A stretch of 64,000 nt of DNA from Heteronotia binoei (Eukaryota). The stretch lies in assembly GCF_032191835.1 (NCBI RefSeq), contig NC_083237.1, positions 24,738,001 through 24,802,000 on the forward strand, in the 5' to 3' direction. The translations under genes and the position numbers were made by a program. Each line of letters opens with the position of its first letter. Within the stretch, counting starts at the first letter, position 1. Shown piece by piece: positions 32,801 through 47,044 of the stretch. The notes beneath the pieces were generated by a model that was given only the letters and a program-made list of their open reading frames with translations, ran no database searches and was not told where the DNA came from.

Positions 32801-35800
32801 CCTTTTAATTAAGAAGCTGAGAGAGCCAGAGAATTCATGTTTGCATATATTTACATAACTTAGCCTGCGTCGTCCAGTCCGAAGGTAGGGAAGATGCAGA
32901 GCTAACTAGGTCACTTAATCTCTGCACGAGCCTTTGGAATAAATGAGCACATGAAGTTACCTTCTGCTGACTCAACTTGATAGTCTGTCTCCATGGACTG
33001 GCATTTCTGATCTCCAGGGCCTTTCCCAGGCTTCATTAATGGGAGAAGCTGTGGGGGGTTGTCCCTGTGATCTGTGTGCAGAACAAAGTGTCCGACTGTT
33101 GAGCAGTGGCTGTTGGGAAGCAAAAACAGTCCACCTAACACTGTTACCTACACTAGGGGAGGCCAAACTTGCTTCACTTCAGAGCCACATAGAATAAATG
33201 TCAGATGTCGGAGAGCCACAAGACAGGAACGCAGGCAGGCAGGCAAATAGATGGAGGAGGGAGAGGTGGAAAGAAAGCAACTTTAAAAGCATTCTCCAAG
33301 CTTGGCTTTGAGAAGTGATTTAAAGAGAAATGCCTTTTCCAAGCTGGCTGAAAGGACAGTGGGGGCTTCAAGAGCTACACAATATGTGTGAAAGAGCCAC
33401 ATGTGGCTCCTGAGCTGCAGTTTGGCCATCCCTGACCTACACATTGTGGAGGGGGGTGTGCCTCAAGTTTGAAGTAAAAGTGTGCCTTCTGCCCCACCCA
33501 GTGGAAACCTAGATTCCAAATAACTGATTTCATTGCCCCAGTTTTCGGGGGGGGGGGGACTGTGAAATGCACCCAGTGCTGGCTCCCCCCAGTTAGGGTT
33601 GTCATGTAGATCAAAGGCAGGGGCAGGAGAGCTGCCCATGATCTATCATTTCTGCTGGTCAACAAGGGAGGAGGGTGTCTCTTGCCCTCCCCAAAAGCTA
33701 TGCTGGGGATTGTGGGCCCTGAATGAGCAAAAGCACATGTGGGATGGAGGGGGGCATTATGAGGAGATTGGTGTGAAAGCGAGCACAAAAACTGGCTGGA
33801 TGCGTCACTTTGACTGCCTCAAGCAACCGCTCACAGACAAATGATAAAACACAGGACAGAAGGAGGAAAATGACTTCTCTGACCTTCCAACGTTTTTGAT
33901 CAGATTGCTTGATTAACATGTCAGCAAAATCCCTCAGCCCTATTGCGCAGCTGTGACAGAAACAGCCTGTATGATCAATGAGATAATCTTCGTGGTGCGG
34001 GCACAGCGAAAGACATCTCTCATTCTTTATTTCTGTGTTCTTATTTACAAAGCCACCGCCTCTATCCTCCCACCTCCATTTTCTTCCTATTTCTGTTTCT
34101 TCCCCAGTTGGGTTGGATCCTGATTTGCTAACAGCTGTGCTTTCCTCCTGGCCCAAGGCTTGATTGGGGGGACACAACCATTAGTGGAACAGAGCTGGGG
34201 GCATTCCAACCCCATCTGTCTGTCATGCAGGGGTGGATTGCTGAGCAACAATGGTGCTTTGCTCTTGCAGCTACAAGAATGCTTCAAACCTACAAGGATC
34301 TGTAGGTGGTCATTTGTTTGCGAGATACCTGGTAAGGCTTACGACTTGTGGCTTACTAAGGAATGCGTACAAGGATTGGCCACAATGACAACATCCCTTT
34401 TTGCTCTTCTGCAGGGTTGGCCACATACACTGTAAGTGCATGCTTATGAACATATTGGTGGGATGGGGGCTGTGGCTCCCTTGAAGAGCCTCTGCTTGGC
34501 ATGCAGAACGCCCCAGGTTCAGCCTCAGGAGGACCAGGCAGTAGGTGATGTGACAGACCTCAAACAGACCCTGGTGAGCTGCTGCCAGTCCGAGCAGACA
34601 AGATGGTCTGATTCGCTGTAAGTTCAGCTTCATGCCACCAAGTTGCAGCTGAGTTAGGGCAACCTCAGCAAGAGGTTTTCAAGACAAGTGAAGAGCAGAG
34701 GCGGTTTGCCATTGCCTTCTCCCGTAAAGTCCTCCTTGGAGGTCTCCCTTCCAAGTACTCGCCCTGCTTAGCTTCTGACAGGATTGGACCATACCATGCC
34801 TCCTTCCCTCCCACATGTTATATGGCAGAAGTGACCAAACTGTGGTTCAGGAGCCGCATGCAGTTCTTTCACACATATTGTGCAGCTCCCAGAGGTCGAG
34901 GAGGAACTGAATGCAGGTTTACTCAAGCATGCTGAGCATTGGGACCTCAGTCAGCCTCTGAGCGCTGACCTATAGGAAGGCGACTATTTCTGTCATGTGA
35001 AGCAGGGAAGGAGGGGGAAATAGCAGGCTTGCAAGCTCTTCCCCTCCACCGCAGACGTTGGCTGGAGACCTAGAGTGGGGAAAGACAGCACAAGAGCCGA
35101 GGGAGCCACTAGAAGGAGGGACAGAATTAAAGAGGGCAGCTCAGGATTCCCCTTAGTTAAATAGCTCTTATAGCTATTTAAGAGCTATTAACTATGTAGT
35201 ATTTGTATTAACTGACCTTGATATCAAGGCTAATAGATGCATAATGATGCAAACGGTGGTCAGTGATTTATATGGTGCATGTGCATTTCATTCTCCCACT
35301 GGTACAAAAAAATAATTTCCTAACCTTTCCCTATGCTGATCTTATGGGGACTGTTATTCCCAGCTTTTGTTTTTATAAAAATCTAGCATGGTCATGTTTA
35401 AAGTGCATATTTTATCTTTCTGTGCAAAGAAGTATTAAGAGTTTTAACAAAGATGTGTGTGTAATATTTTTTCATGTCTTGCGGCTCTCAAACATCTGAT
35501 GTTTATTCTATGTAGCTCTTATGTTAAGCAAGTTTGGCCACCCCTGTTCTATAGCATACTTCTGGAAAGCTATCTCTTGTACTCTGCCTGAGGGTATCTT
35601 GGCCATGGGTGAAACTTCAGTCAGAGTGGCTGGATGTTTTGGACAGACAATACTAACAATGATCAATGTCTGGAGAAACTTCCCTTTAAGCTGGGCTGCT
35701 GAGTCTGACCCAGTGTTGTAGCCCCTTAAACCCTGTCTGTCAGGATGGAAGGGAATGTGCATTCCTGATTTTCCTCAAGCCAATTGGGAAGCGGCTGGCT

Positions 35801-37439
35801 CCTAGACAGGACCTGCAAGCCAACATTGCCAGGAAATGGGGTCTGACTCTCGGAACAATGCCTCGACCTAGGAGTGGCACCCTGGACAGGGGTGATAAGA
35901 CTGGTCTGTTTATACTCGGGCACCGAGATGGCAGAGATTGAGGCAACCGCCAAGGGTTTTGCATGGAAATTGTATGCCTAGTCCAGGGTGTGGATGGCTA
36001 GGAGCTCTCTGCTCTGCCTTTGCTTGCATGGGTTTGAGCCAGGGTGACTGTGCAAGATGTAGGTGGTGTTTTCACAAATCAGAAAGTTGTAACAGCCATC
36101 TCTGGATTAGTCTGTAGATTGCAGGTGGACAGCTGCAGTCATGCCCCCAAAACACGGAACACACATGGAAAGCTAGCATCTCAGGGAAGGCTTCACTAGA
36201 GCCCTTCTTCCAGACATGCTAGTTTTTTGTCTGCAAGGTACATTTTGTAGGGAGGAGCGTTTGCTCATGGGAAACCTCACCTGCAGTCTGAAGTGATACA
36301 TTCTCAGCTAATTCATGAGCTGGTGTGAAAGGCCAGAGAAGCTGCAGGAGAGAGAAGGGGGCGGGGGGGGGGGGGCTCTGATGTGGTAATTCCATTACAT
36401 GGAAAGGTAGAGTTGGGGTTAGATAGGGCCACTGAAACAGCCCAGGAGTGAGCTGAGCTGAGCAGCCCACTCAGGGGTACGCTGGCTGAGAGTCAGATCC
36501 GGTTAATGACAACAGTTATAAAGTTGCCACTCACCCCCTCCCATGATCCCAGATCTAAGCATCACTGGGACTTAAGACTGGCTTGCTTCTGGCTGCCAGC
36601 AACCTATCAGGAACTGTCTTGTAACATTAAAGAGCCAGCCTGCCCTAGAAAAGAGAGTGCTTTACTCCAGGATGGAGACTCACAGATGTCTCTCCCTTTC
36701 TCCCCAGGAAAAGCATCTTCTTTGGTCTGGATCAGGTGATACTTTTGCCCTTTGTTCCCAGTTACCCCTTTTACTTAATTTTAACCCTATCTGTCCCTTA
36801 ACACTCATATGGGGGCTTCACATCCAAATACACATACGTGCATACACATCATTCAGTTGACTCCTGGGGTTTTAATAGGACATTGTCTGCACAATCCTTT
36901 TGTGTGTTCCTCAGATTTGGATATTAAAGCCTCGCTCGGATGTTCAATGACATGTGTGGCCGGGGCACCCTCAGTTCCCAGTGCTCCTGAGGGAACAGTT
37001 GACAAATGTTTAATTTATGTCGTTTATAGCCTACCTTTCCCACAGAGAGTCAAGGCAGGTTAAAGGGAAATGTACCGTAATCCCCTGTGAAAGCACCAGT
37101 CATTTCCGACTCTGGGGTTGCTTTCACAACGTTTTCATGGCAGACTTTTTATGGGGTGGTTTGCCATTGCCTTCCCTAGTCATTTACACTTTTTCCCCAG
37201 CAAGCTGGGTACTCATTTTACTGACCTTGGAAGGATGGAAGGCTGAGTCAGCCTTGAGCTGGCTACCTGAACCCAGCTTCCGCCAAGACAACTCAGGTCA
37301 TAAGCAGAGCTTGGACTGCAGTACTGCAGCTTAGGTATAGTAAAACCAACCGAATGGGACATTCAGTAACCAGTGCATTAGGATATTATAAATCTGGAAC
37401 CACCAGAAAGCATAGCATGGGTATTGAATATGACACAGT

Positions 37440-37810
37440 AAGCAGTACAGAAATTACATAATAGGATCCTACTTATAGTATGCTATACAAAGCAGTAAAG
37501 CCCACAGATCCCAATCAATGCAGCATTTGCGGCATGACAGTAATATGCATGCTCTGTCTAGCTTCACTAGCAGATGAGCCGTGGCATTCTGAACCAGTTG
37601 GAGTTTTGTCCCATAAAGTCCAGGACTGGGCTTGGCCTGCATTACTGCTGCTGGTATATAATGCACAAAACCTTGACTAAGGCTTGTCCCAAAATCAGAC
37701 ACTTCTTGCAGATGGATTACTCCAGGATCAGACACATAACCATCTAGATGGTCACACTGGTACAGAATGAGTCCTGCCAAGAATGAAAAGCACAGTAAGA
37801 AGCAGCCCAG
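37440..37810 (-). mobile_element. Old degenerate L2 RT C-terminal fragment
   Basis: The minus-strand frame gives KLQLVQNATAHLL, matching KLQLVQNAAARLL in the young L2 copies in this window. Confidence 0.6.
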
Positions 37811-38262
37811 CATGGTTTTTAGTTTGACATTTTGCTCACAGCTTTATGGTAGAAACCAGCTGCTTGTGAAACCTACAGTGGGTGTCCATTGGTTTCAATT
37901 GAAATCTGGTATCTATTCTCTATGGTTGTTTAAACCAATTTGGTGAGTAGGCTCTTATCTGGAAGAACCAGGTTTGATTCCCCACTCCTCCACTTGTAGC
38001 TGCTAGAATAGCTCTTGTAGTTGTCCTTGAAAGGGCAGCTGCTGTAAGAGCTTCTCTCAGCCCCACCTACCTCACAGGGTGTCTGTTGTGGGGGAGGGGG
38101 GGAAGGTAAAGGAGATTGTGACTGCTCTGAGATTCAGAGGATAGGAAGGGATATAAATCCAATATCATCTAAATAATATCTTCTAAACACAGCCTTCCAG
38201 GACACGTCTACCCTTAATACAGGAACAGATTCCAGTGAGGAAATGACTCTGGGCTCGAGGCT

Positions 38263-38616
38263 TCACACAATCACTTTCTTTGCTTGCGTCTCCCCCACCA
38301 GCACAGACCAGCTGCCGTCCCACTCTCTCTTCCGCCTCCAGGATTGTCGGCACCAGCAGCTGGTGGCCACCGCCAGTGCCCCAACTCCAAGCAAGGTGAA
38401 CCCCAAGATAGCCAATACAGAGCCTGGAGGATCACGGGCACATGCCACACTGGTGGCTGCCACTCCAATGACGCCCAACACCAGTCCAAAGGGCAGCAGG
38501 CAATTTTGGCACGAGGCTTCTGCGCCCCCTGTGGTGGTGCTCAGGAGATGGGGGTCAAGGCGTGGGAGGCAAACTTCTTCCCTTTCCATGTTCACTGTCA
38601 CAACATCATACGACAT
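38263..38616 (-). CDS. TMEM100/PIRT-family two-TM protein (117 aa), single coding exon
   Basis: Strong acceptor cctttctttccag| at 38648 and a near-perfect Kozak GCCACCATG at 38616. TTGGAEASCQNCLLPFGLVLGVIGVAATSVACARDPPGSVLAILGFTLLGVGALAVATSCWCRQSWRRKRE aligns by eye with TMEM100 ATGGTELSCYRCIIPFAVVV...GIVVTAVAY.F..HGS.ISI.GL..L..GL.LLA.S..CW...R..K. Confidence 0.85.
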   Translation of the reverse strand: MSYDVVTVNMEREEVCLPRLDPHLLSTTTGGAEASCQNCLLPFGLVLGVIGVAATSVACARDPPGSVLAILGFTLLGVGALAVATSCWCRQSWRRKREWDGSWSVLVGETQAKKVIV

Positions 38617-40916
38617 GGTGGCCAGGAGGGTGAAGCCCAGCTTCCAATCTGGAAAGAAAGGCAGGGGGGAAAGGAGCAATTATGCAATTCAACAACAAAA
38701 ACATGTCCCTTATCCCTGCTTGTCTTTTGGACCTCCTGTGTCCTTTGTATTAAAAAGCAGCTACTGGTTATTTCTGAAAGCAGGGTGTGTTTTGCTGATT
38801 CACGCTGCTGCTTTAAAGTGTGCCGTCAAAAAAGCAGAAAGACATCACAGGGCCTTTAAGAATCCCATCTAGGGGTCCATGATAATAAAACAAGGGAAGT
38901 TTTTAAAATTCCACCAGGGTTGTCTTATTTTGCAGCCCATGATGGGACAGCATGCTGGCAACGGAAGAACATACTGGTGTATGCTCTGGACTGGCTCATA
39001 TGAACGCATTTACTCAAGTATTGAACCAAGCAGGATGTGTGAATAAGCTATCACAAATTAATTATCACATACGGTATCTTAATTTTACAGGTATTTCAAG
39101 AATCATTTCTCAATGGAAGCAGTTCACGTGTTTGCCTGTCCATCATCAATGGATGAGTAATCAGGTAATGTATGTGCCTGTGGGAACAGAAGCTGTCAGG
39201 GCACCCAAGAACTTGGGGCAATTCTAGGACGTATTTTTCACTTCACAGAAGAAACTTGACAGAATCGTGCCACCTTAAATCCATCTCCCTGCCCCTAATC
39301 TAACCACTACACCACCCTAGCTGGTATTTTGAGGAGATAGCCTTTCTTCCAAGACCATTTCCAAAATGAAATATACCACTGCTAAGCCATTCTTTTTAAT
39401 ATAAAAATTATATCCCGCATAAGGTTCTGTTTCAGGAGAAAACTAGCTTAGCGCTCTTAATTTCTTCCTCCACTTTATCCCCGCAACAACAACCTTGTGA
39501 AGTTGGTTAGGCAGAGAGATTGTGACAGGTTCACAGTTACCCAGTGACCTTCCTTGACAGAGTGAGGAAAACCCAGTTGTCTCAGGTCCTAGTCAGACGT
39601 TCCAACACTCCACCACACCTCTTTTTACTCTCTCTGTAGGGCAGAAAATATTAGTATTCACTGGGCTTTTTTGCAGAAAAAGCCCAGCCAGAACTTATTT
39701 GCATAGTAGGCCACACCCCAATGCCAAGCCAGCCGGAACTGCATTCCTGTGCGTTTCTGCTAAAAAACCCACAAGAAAGTCCCCGAGTATTTAGCAAAAT
39801 ATGGGTACCTGTCTTTGTAGCTCTCCCAGGGCATTTCTGATCACAGGGAGGGGGGAAGAGTTAATCTTGCCCTTGTCTAGGATTGTGGCTCCAGTTCATA
39901 TCAACTCCCAGCTGTTTTGGGGAGCTGGTCTGCAATATGTCTAAACATTAAGACCCTCCCTGTTATGTGTGGCTTGGCCTTTAGAATGTGCCTCTATCTT
40001 CACTTAAGACTGTAAGTATAATATAATGGGTTCAATGCAAGGAGGAGACGCGGTTGCAGTGATCACAGCACTCTTTATTAGTTACAGTATGGTAACGGCT
40101 GAACTAAACGACTTCTGAACTGGGCCAACTATATACACTTCAAGGTTCCTGTGCTAGGACGCCATTGGATCATTCAAACCATCAGGGGGCTCCTGATTGG
40201 AGCAGGGCAGCAGGGATTTGGATCCTACTGCCCATTGTTCCTGAGCTCCCAAGCTCAGTCCTAAAGGCTTCAATGAGCCAGGCAGGAACACATGTAATAA
40301 TATACCACATTTGTCCACATACACAACACTAAGATATTTTGGTTTTGCCAGTATGACTGGCTTACAAATTTTAAAAGACATTTTGGGACATTCCCCTCAT
40401 AAGCCAAGCCGCTGAAGACCATCTTAGTCTAAAGTCTGCTTGGAAGGGGGCGGGGGAAGAGGGAGAATAATTATTCTCAAAGACTGGGAGGAGGAGGAGT
40501 GGATCAAAAGAGGACAAAATTACTTTGCCTCACCAGGAAGGGAGCTTTAGATTACATATCGAGATAATCTTTTGCGCAGAGAGAATTGTCCTGCAGGGGA
40601 AGCCTGTTCCCAAGGGAAAGTGTGGAGTCCCTCAGCACTTGTTTTGAAAAGGAAGAGGAGCCCTGGGTGGGGGTTCCTTCTGCTGCGCTGGGTCAATGGC
40701 TGGGAGGGGAATTGTTGAGGAGGCTTAATAGGCTCGTAGATTGCCAGCTGCCAACTTTTCAGCCAGTCTCCTTAGCTTTGTCTTGTGGGCCAGGCATCAT
40801 CAGGTAAGAATGTTGATCTCCCATGCCTTGGAAGACTTCACCTGTTGGTTTCCTAACACAAGAGCTTCCCAGGCCCTTTAGAAAATGGTAACGCTAATTG
40901 TGTAGACAAATTCATT

Positions 40917-41413
40917 AGGGTTGCCAATCCCCAAGTGGGGGCAGGGGATCCCCTGGTTTGGAAGCCCTCCCCACACTTCATCAGAAAGAGGGGGAGAGTG
41001 AAATGTCTGCTGGGCACTCCATTATTCCCTATGGAGACCAATTCCCATAGGGTAGAATGGAGAATTGATACGTGAGTGTCTGGGGCTTGGGGGAGACTTT
41101 TTTTTGAGGTAGTGGCACCAAATTTTCAGCACAGCATGCAATGCCTCTCCTCAAAACAACCTCTAAGTTTCAAAAGGATTGGACCAGGGGGTCCATTTCT
41201 ATGAGCCCCAAAAGAAGGTGTCCCATCCTTCATTTATTTCTAATGGAGAGAAGGCATTCAAAAGGCGTGCAGTCCCTTTAAATGTGATGGCCAGAACTCC
41301 CTTTGGAGTTCAGTTGTGCTTGTCACAACCTTGCTCCTGGCTCCACCCCAATGTCTCCTGGCTCCCCCCCCCCAAAGTCCCCAGATATTTCTTGAATTGG
41401 ACCTGGCAACCCT
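40917..41413 (+). mobile_element. ~500-bp TAGGGTTGCCAA-terminated non-autonomous DNA transposon; copies at ~46363-46863 (+) and ~55503-56010 (-)
   Basis: Three colinear copies with shared TIRs and interior (ggggatcccctggtttgga...ggaccagggggtcca...gatggccagaactccctttgg). Confidence 0.8.
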
Positions 41414-44400
41414 AAAATTCATAGAGCATGATCATGGCTAAATGGAATCTCCATGTCACAAGGCAGTATACCCCTGAATATCTGCTGCTGGGATGCTTTG
41501 TCCTCCATGCCTTGTTGTGAGGTTTTCTAAGGACATTTGGGTGGCTACTGAAACAAACAAAGAGGCTGCAGTAAATGGACCTTTTCTTCAGATCCAGCAG
41601 GGCTCTTCTTAATATCAGGACCTTGTTCAAGTACAGAATCCAAGTGCCTTGAACAATCAGTCGGTGATGCTTTTCCCAGCAAGGAGGTTAAGTAATGGGA
41701 AATGTTTCTCCTGTCAAATATATCCCTGCATGCAGAAGGTCACAGGTTGGTTATCCCCCGTTAGAGGACACTTAGAGATCAGGACTTTATTTTATATATA
41801 AAGACCCCACGAAGCAACTGGGCAGGGACAGATTTCTGCCTGAAAGTCAAAGTATATGCTATGTAAGAAATCCATGACTGGATCCCCCAACATTTTGAAC
41901 ATCTGAAGGTGTCTTCTATTCAGTTAGTCCAACTGGTCTTTCAAGGTCAGTATTGTCTACTCTGGTGGGCAAACACTCTCCATTTTCTTTCAAGCTAAAA
42001 AGCAGTGAAGGGGGGAAGAATTTGGATCAGGGCTTCTGTGCTGATGCAAGGGAATTTAGCCCTTTCCCCTATGCCATTTCTCCTGTAGAAATGGGGGGGA
42101 GGGGGCTTCTTTGGACTGCTATTAATGGGGGGCATCTCTTACATTAGAGAGCTCGACCCATGTCTGCCTTAAGCACTGTGGCTCCAATCCAAATGGCTCC
42201 CTTCCCATGGCGGCATTTAATGTTGGAGAAAACGACCAGAGATTTGAGTAAAAATTTCCCATCTAGTGTCATTTGACTCTGGAGAGTTGCTGCCAGTTGG
42301 AATAGACAGTTTTGGGCTAAGATAGTAAACAATCACCTGACTCAGTATACAGCAGCACTTTATTTTATATATAAAGGTGCAAAGTCCTCTGGAGAGTGCT
42401 GTCCTATATGGAGTGAGTTATTGGTGCGAGGATGGTTTGGCCTTAATAGCAGAGATTATCCCATGTTGATCCTTTCCTAGCTCTGTAAATGGAAGAAAAA
42501 TCTGTATTCAGAAATGCTGTACTCCACCTTTCTTAGCACAAAGCAAATAAATCAAACATATATAAATTAATACCTGAAGATGGATGGTCACACATTTCTG
42601 CATATGATCTACAGCTTCTATGAAAAGGAACCCCAAAACAGCATATCTTAGAATCACAGAATCATAGAGTTGGAAGGGACCTCCATGGTCATCTAGTCCA
42701 AACCTCTGCACAATGCAGGGAACTCACAAATACCTCTCCCTAATCTTCTGTGTCTGATAAGTCTGTCTGATCTGTCAGTCTCCTTGCAGCCTGTATTGAT
42801 CAGTTTTACTGGTCTGATGTCCCACCTACAGACAAAACCCCCCACAAGAATACAGTTTTCCTACTTCTACACAACACTATACTACCTATTCCTCTAGACA
42901 TTAAAATACATTACCAATCACTAACTGCACACTGCCCAAAAAGTGGGGGATAAAACACAGAGATAGGACAGCAGCCTGAGGTGGACTTCCTTGCGTTGCC
43001 ACATTTTGAACTGGGAATTTTAACCAAGCTTTAAACTTCAAAATAACTGGAAAAACAAATGTAAGTAACTGGGAAATAGTGCTGCAACCTCTCTCACACA
43101 TACGTTTTCCCCAGCAGGGCAAACAGGAGATTCAGGAGACAATTAGAGGTCTGAACACCAGAATGGAGGTATTAACCCTGCCACCACTGCTGTGCCAAAG
43201 CCACAATCCAAATCAGATACAGACACATAGATACACATACACATTATTGTTGCTATTTACCATGAAGTGAACACACTGTCATCCTAAGCAGAATTAATAC
43301 CCTTCTTAAGCCTACTTGGCTGTGTTTGGGATGGCTCTTCCATTCACAGACATTCAGGCACCTTCAGTCTCCCTTCACAGGCACAACACGCAGAGAGCTG
43401 CACAAGTATCTCTCTTATTTGCACTTGTACCCTGCTAACAGCTCACTTCCCAGGGTTCACTTTTACACTTCTCCATTCCAGCATCCTTTACAAAAACCCT
43501 TTCTTTCTATCTTTCAAGATGCCCATGCATTCTGACCCTCCAAAGGCAAGTTGTGCCCTGCTTACCTTAAAAAGGACCTGAAATGAGGTGTATTCTTTTA
43601 TTTGTCCATTCCTCCTGGGCCTCAGGCCCTGTCACAATTCTGGCTTTGGTCCCGCTCCTTCAGCACTCCTCCAGGTCTGTGTTCTTGAGCTCAGTGTGTC
43701 TCCGTCACTGCCAGTCTGGTTGGGGATCTTGAATTTAGTTTTCCCCCACTCCATCCTGCCCCATTTCAGTGTCAATCACTGCTGGGACACGGATGATGAA
43801 ATGATAAGGAGGGCCATTAGGGAGTTCCTGTACCTTTGGAGGCACCAGACAAACTTGGACACAATATGGCCCATGCACGCACACACACACATATTGTGTA
43901 CCCTAGGTTCACACCCAGCCAAACTGAAAGGGCTGTGAATAAAGTGGCAGCCTCCATTCCATCACTTACAATGCACACAAATATGTGTGTTTCTTGGTGT
44001 GAATACAATGTACAATGTGTTTCAATATGTGTCCAAGGAACACTATTTCCAAATCCTTCTATGGTTGCCAGCCTCCAGGTGGGCACTGGAGATATCCCAG
44101 AATTACAACTGATCTTCAGACTACAGATATCAGTTTCCATGGAGAAAACGGCTGCTGTGGAAGGTGGACTCAAAGAAGTCCCTCCTCTCCAGGCCCTGTC
44201 CTTAACTCTCCAGGAATTCTCTAACCTGGAGATGGCAACCCTAACTGGGTGGCCTTGGGCTACGCACAATAGGCGCATTCACACACCACTATATAATGCA
44301 TTCTGCAACTGGATTTTTACTGTGTAAGAATGGCAAAAATTCAGTTGCAAAACACATAATTTAGTTTAGTGTGAATGTACCCAGTGTCAGGACCGGATCT

Positions 44401-45904
44401 ACATGTTTTTTGAGGGGGGGGGGGCAAAATTAAAAAATGGCACCCCTTTATGGGCCATTCTGTCTTATGGTCCCATAGAATACAGTGGACTCCATACCCT
44501 ATTTGACGCCCCCTCTCCGTCAGCACCCGGGGCAAGCACCCCCCTCTGCCCCTCCCTAGATCCGGCCCTGCCCAGTGTTTCTCAGCCTAATCCCTTCACA
44601 GGGTTTCTGTGAGGGTAAAGGGAGGGGGTGGGGTAAAAGATATTATGCCTTTGAGGAAAGATGTGCTAAAATACTACAAATAAACATTGCAGACATATAT
44701 ACTTAAAGGGTGCACATTACACACAATATGCTGTCTGCTCATCGATTCCTCACATAATTTCATATATACATCCCATCACAAAAAATTATACTGATGACCT
44801 CTAAGTTAGATGGTTTTGTACAGATAATGCTTAAAATCTGGAGACATTCCCTTATTCACAGTATTAAGGAACTGGTAATTGGTGGACTTGCCATAAGATC
44901 ACAACCTTCAGTTTGTTTGAGAACAAGGCTTACGAGCCAGCGTACAAGAGGTTTTCCTTGAGCTTCATATTAAGCTGCCCCTCACACTGGAACTGCTTTA
45001 TCCCAGAAGTATTAGAGATGTAAAAGGGGATTAAACAAATTCAAGGTCCTTCGGTGGGTACTGGAATCTCCAAATTCAGAGACAGTATAGCTCTGAATAA
45101 CACTTTCCCCGCAGTAAAGGCAAAGGTAGACTGTCCAGGGCATCTGATTTGGCCACAGTGAGAAAGAGGATGCTGCTGGGCCTGATCCTACAGGGCTCTT
45201 CTTATGTTCTTAATTCCAGACATGATGCTTGTCTTCAACAAACCTGAACAGGGCTGGCATCAACATACACTCAGGTGGGGCAGCTGGCAGGGCCATGCTC
45301 CAGTGCCACTAACCACACCTCTCCCCTGCTGCCCACCTTCCCTTCCCCCACCCATTGGCTTGCAAGCCTTCTGCCCCTCATTCTCCCAGCCTGCCCAGCA
45401 TCATCAGGGAATGAGCATATGGGTGGTGCTGGCACCTGTGAGTGCAGGTGATGAGAGGGCTCATGAGGGCTGGGGGAAGGATGCACCGGCAAATGGGACA
45501 GCAGGTGGGGAAGGGAGGTATGGGGGGCTGGTGGTAGGCAAAGGAGAGAAAGGGGCCCCTGGACACACTCTGGCCTCCCAAAATCTGGCGCCAGGCCTGT
45601 GCCTGTGATTGTCACCTGTGCCCTACTGACAGGGAGGAAAGCTGCCTCTTTTCCAGTTGATAAAAGCTTCCCAGCCTCTTGGCTTTGGGAGTGGTTCTGA
45701 TCAGGCAGCTGTTAGCAATCCTCTTCTCTGCCATTTGCATTTATACCAGTATGGAGTTTCTAAACAAGTTGATACTGGGGAGGCCTACTTGGAAGCCATG
45801 CTGTACCCCCAAATCTAAGAGCCCACATTTCTAAAATTAAATTTCTGGAGTATGAGCACAGCTACAAAATGAAGCATATTTTCTACCAGAGTGAGGGCTA
45901 CCAC

Positions 45905-46050
45905 CATATAAAGATGCCATCTGAGTCCTAGGGTTGATTAACATGTGGAATTCACTGCCACAGGAGGTGGTGGCGGCCACAAGCATGGCCACCTTCAAGA
46001 GGGGGTTAGATAAAAATATGGAGCAGAGGTCCATCAGTGGCTATTAGCCA
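45905..46050 (+). mobile_element. CR1 LINE RT C-terminal fragment
   Basis: Translates INMWNSLPQEVVAATSMATFKRGLDKNMEQRSISGY, the canonical CR1 ORF2 end. Confidence 0.75.
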
Positions 46051-47044
46051 CAGTGTGTATGTATGTACAGAAATTACGAAATTGGTTTATTTGAGACCTT
46101 GGTACATGGAGGTTACTCACCTTTCCCCCCCCCCCACCTCAGCCTCCAGGTGGGGCCTGGAGATCCCCTAGAATTACAACTGATCTCCAGACTACAGAAA
46201 TAGTTCCCTTGGATAAAATGGCTGCTTTGGGAGATAGTGGAGTTTGATGCTGTTAAGTCTGAGACCCCTCCCCTCCCCACACTCTGTCCTCCCTAAGCTC
46301 CATCCCCAAATCTCCAGTGACTTCCCAACCTGGAGATGGCAACTGTAGCCTGGCCTCCCCCTAGGGTTGCCAATCCCCAGGTGGGGGCAGGGGATCCCCT
46401 GGTTTGGAGGCCTTCCCCCCCGCTTCAGGGTCATCAGAAAGCAGGGGGAAGGAAATGTCTACTGGGCACTCCATTATTTCCTATGAAGACCAATTTCCAT
46501 AGGGTATAATGGATAATTGATCCATAGGTATCTGAGGCTCTAGCAGAGTTGTTTTTTGAAGTAGAGGCACCAAATGTTCAGCATAGCCTCTGGTGACTCT
46601 CCTCAAACTAATCCCCAAGTTTCAAAACTATTGGACTGGGGGGGTCCAATTCTATGAGCCCCCCAAAAGGTGCCCCTATTCTTCATTATTCCAAATGGAG
46701 GGAAGCCATTTAAAATGAGTATGTTTCCTTTAAATTTGATGGCCAGAACTCCCTTTGGGGTTCAATTGTGCTTGCCATACCCTTACTCCTGGCTCCACCC
46801 CCAAAGTCTCTTGGCTCCATCCCTAAAATCCCCAGACATTTCTTGAGTCGGACTTGGCAACCTTACTTCCTCCCTCCCCCCTGGCCACATTCAGCATGAC
46901 TGCCATATTAGAATTGAGCACATGCCTTGGTTTTAGAATTAATGAGCTAATACTTGGTTCTCTCCAGGGCTTTTTCTTCTGGGGGAATACAGCTGAATGG
47001 AGTTCTGGAACCTCTTCGTGGAAACAAAATTCTCTCAAAAAATG

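Noticed and set aside
38243-38872. 209-aa and 191-aa plus-strand ORFs
   Set aside because: Antisense shadows of the GC-rich TMEM100-like coding exon.
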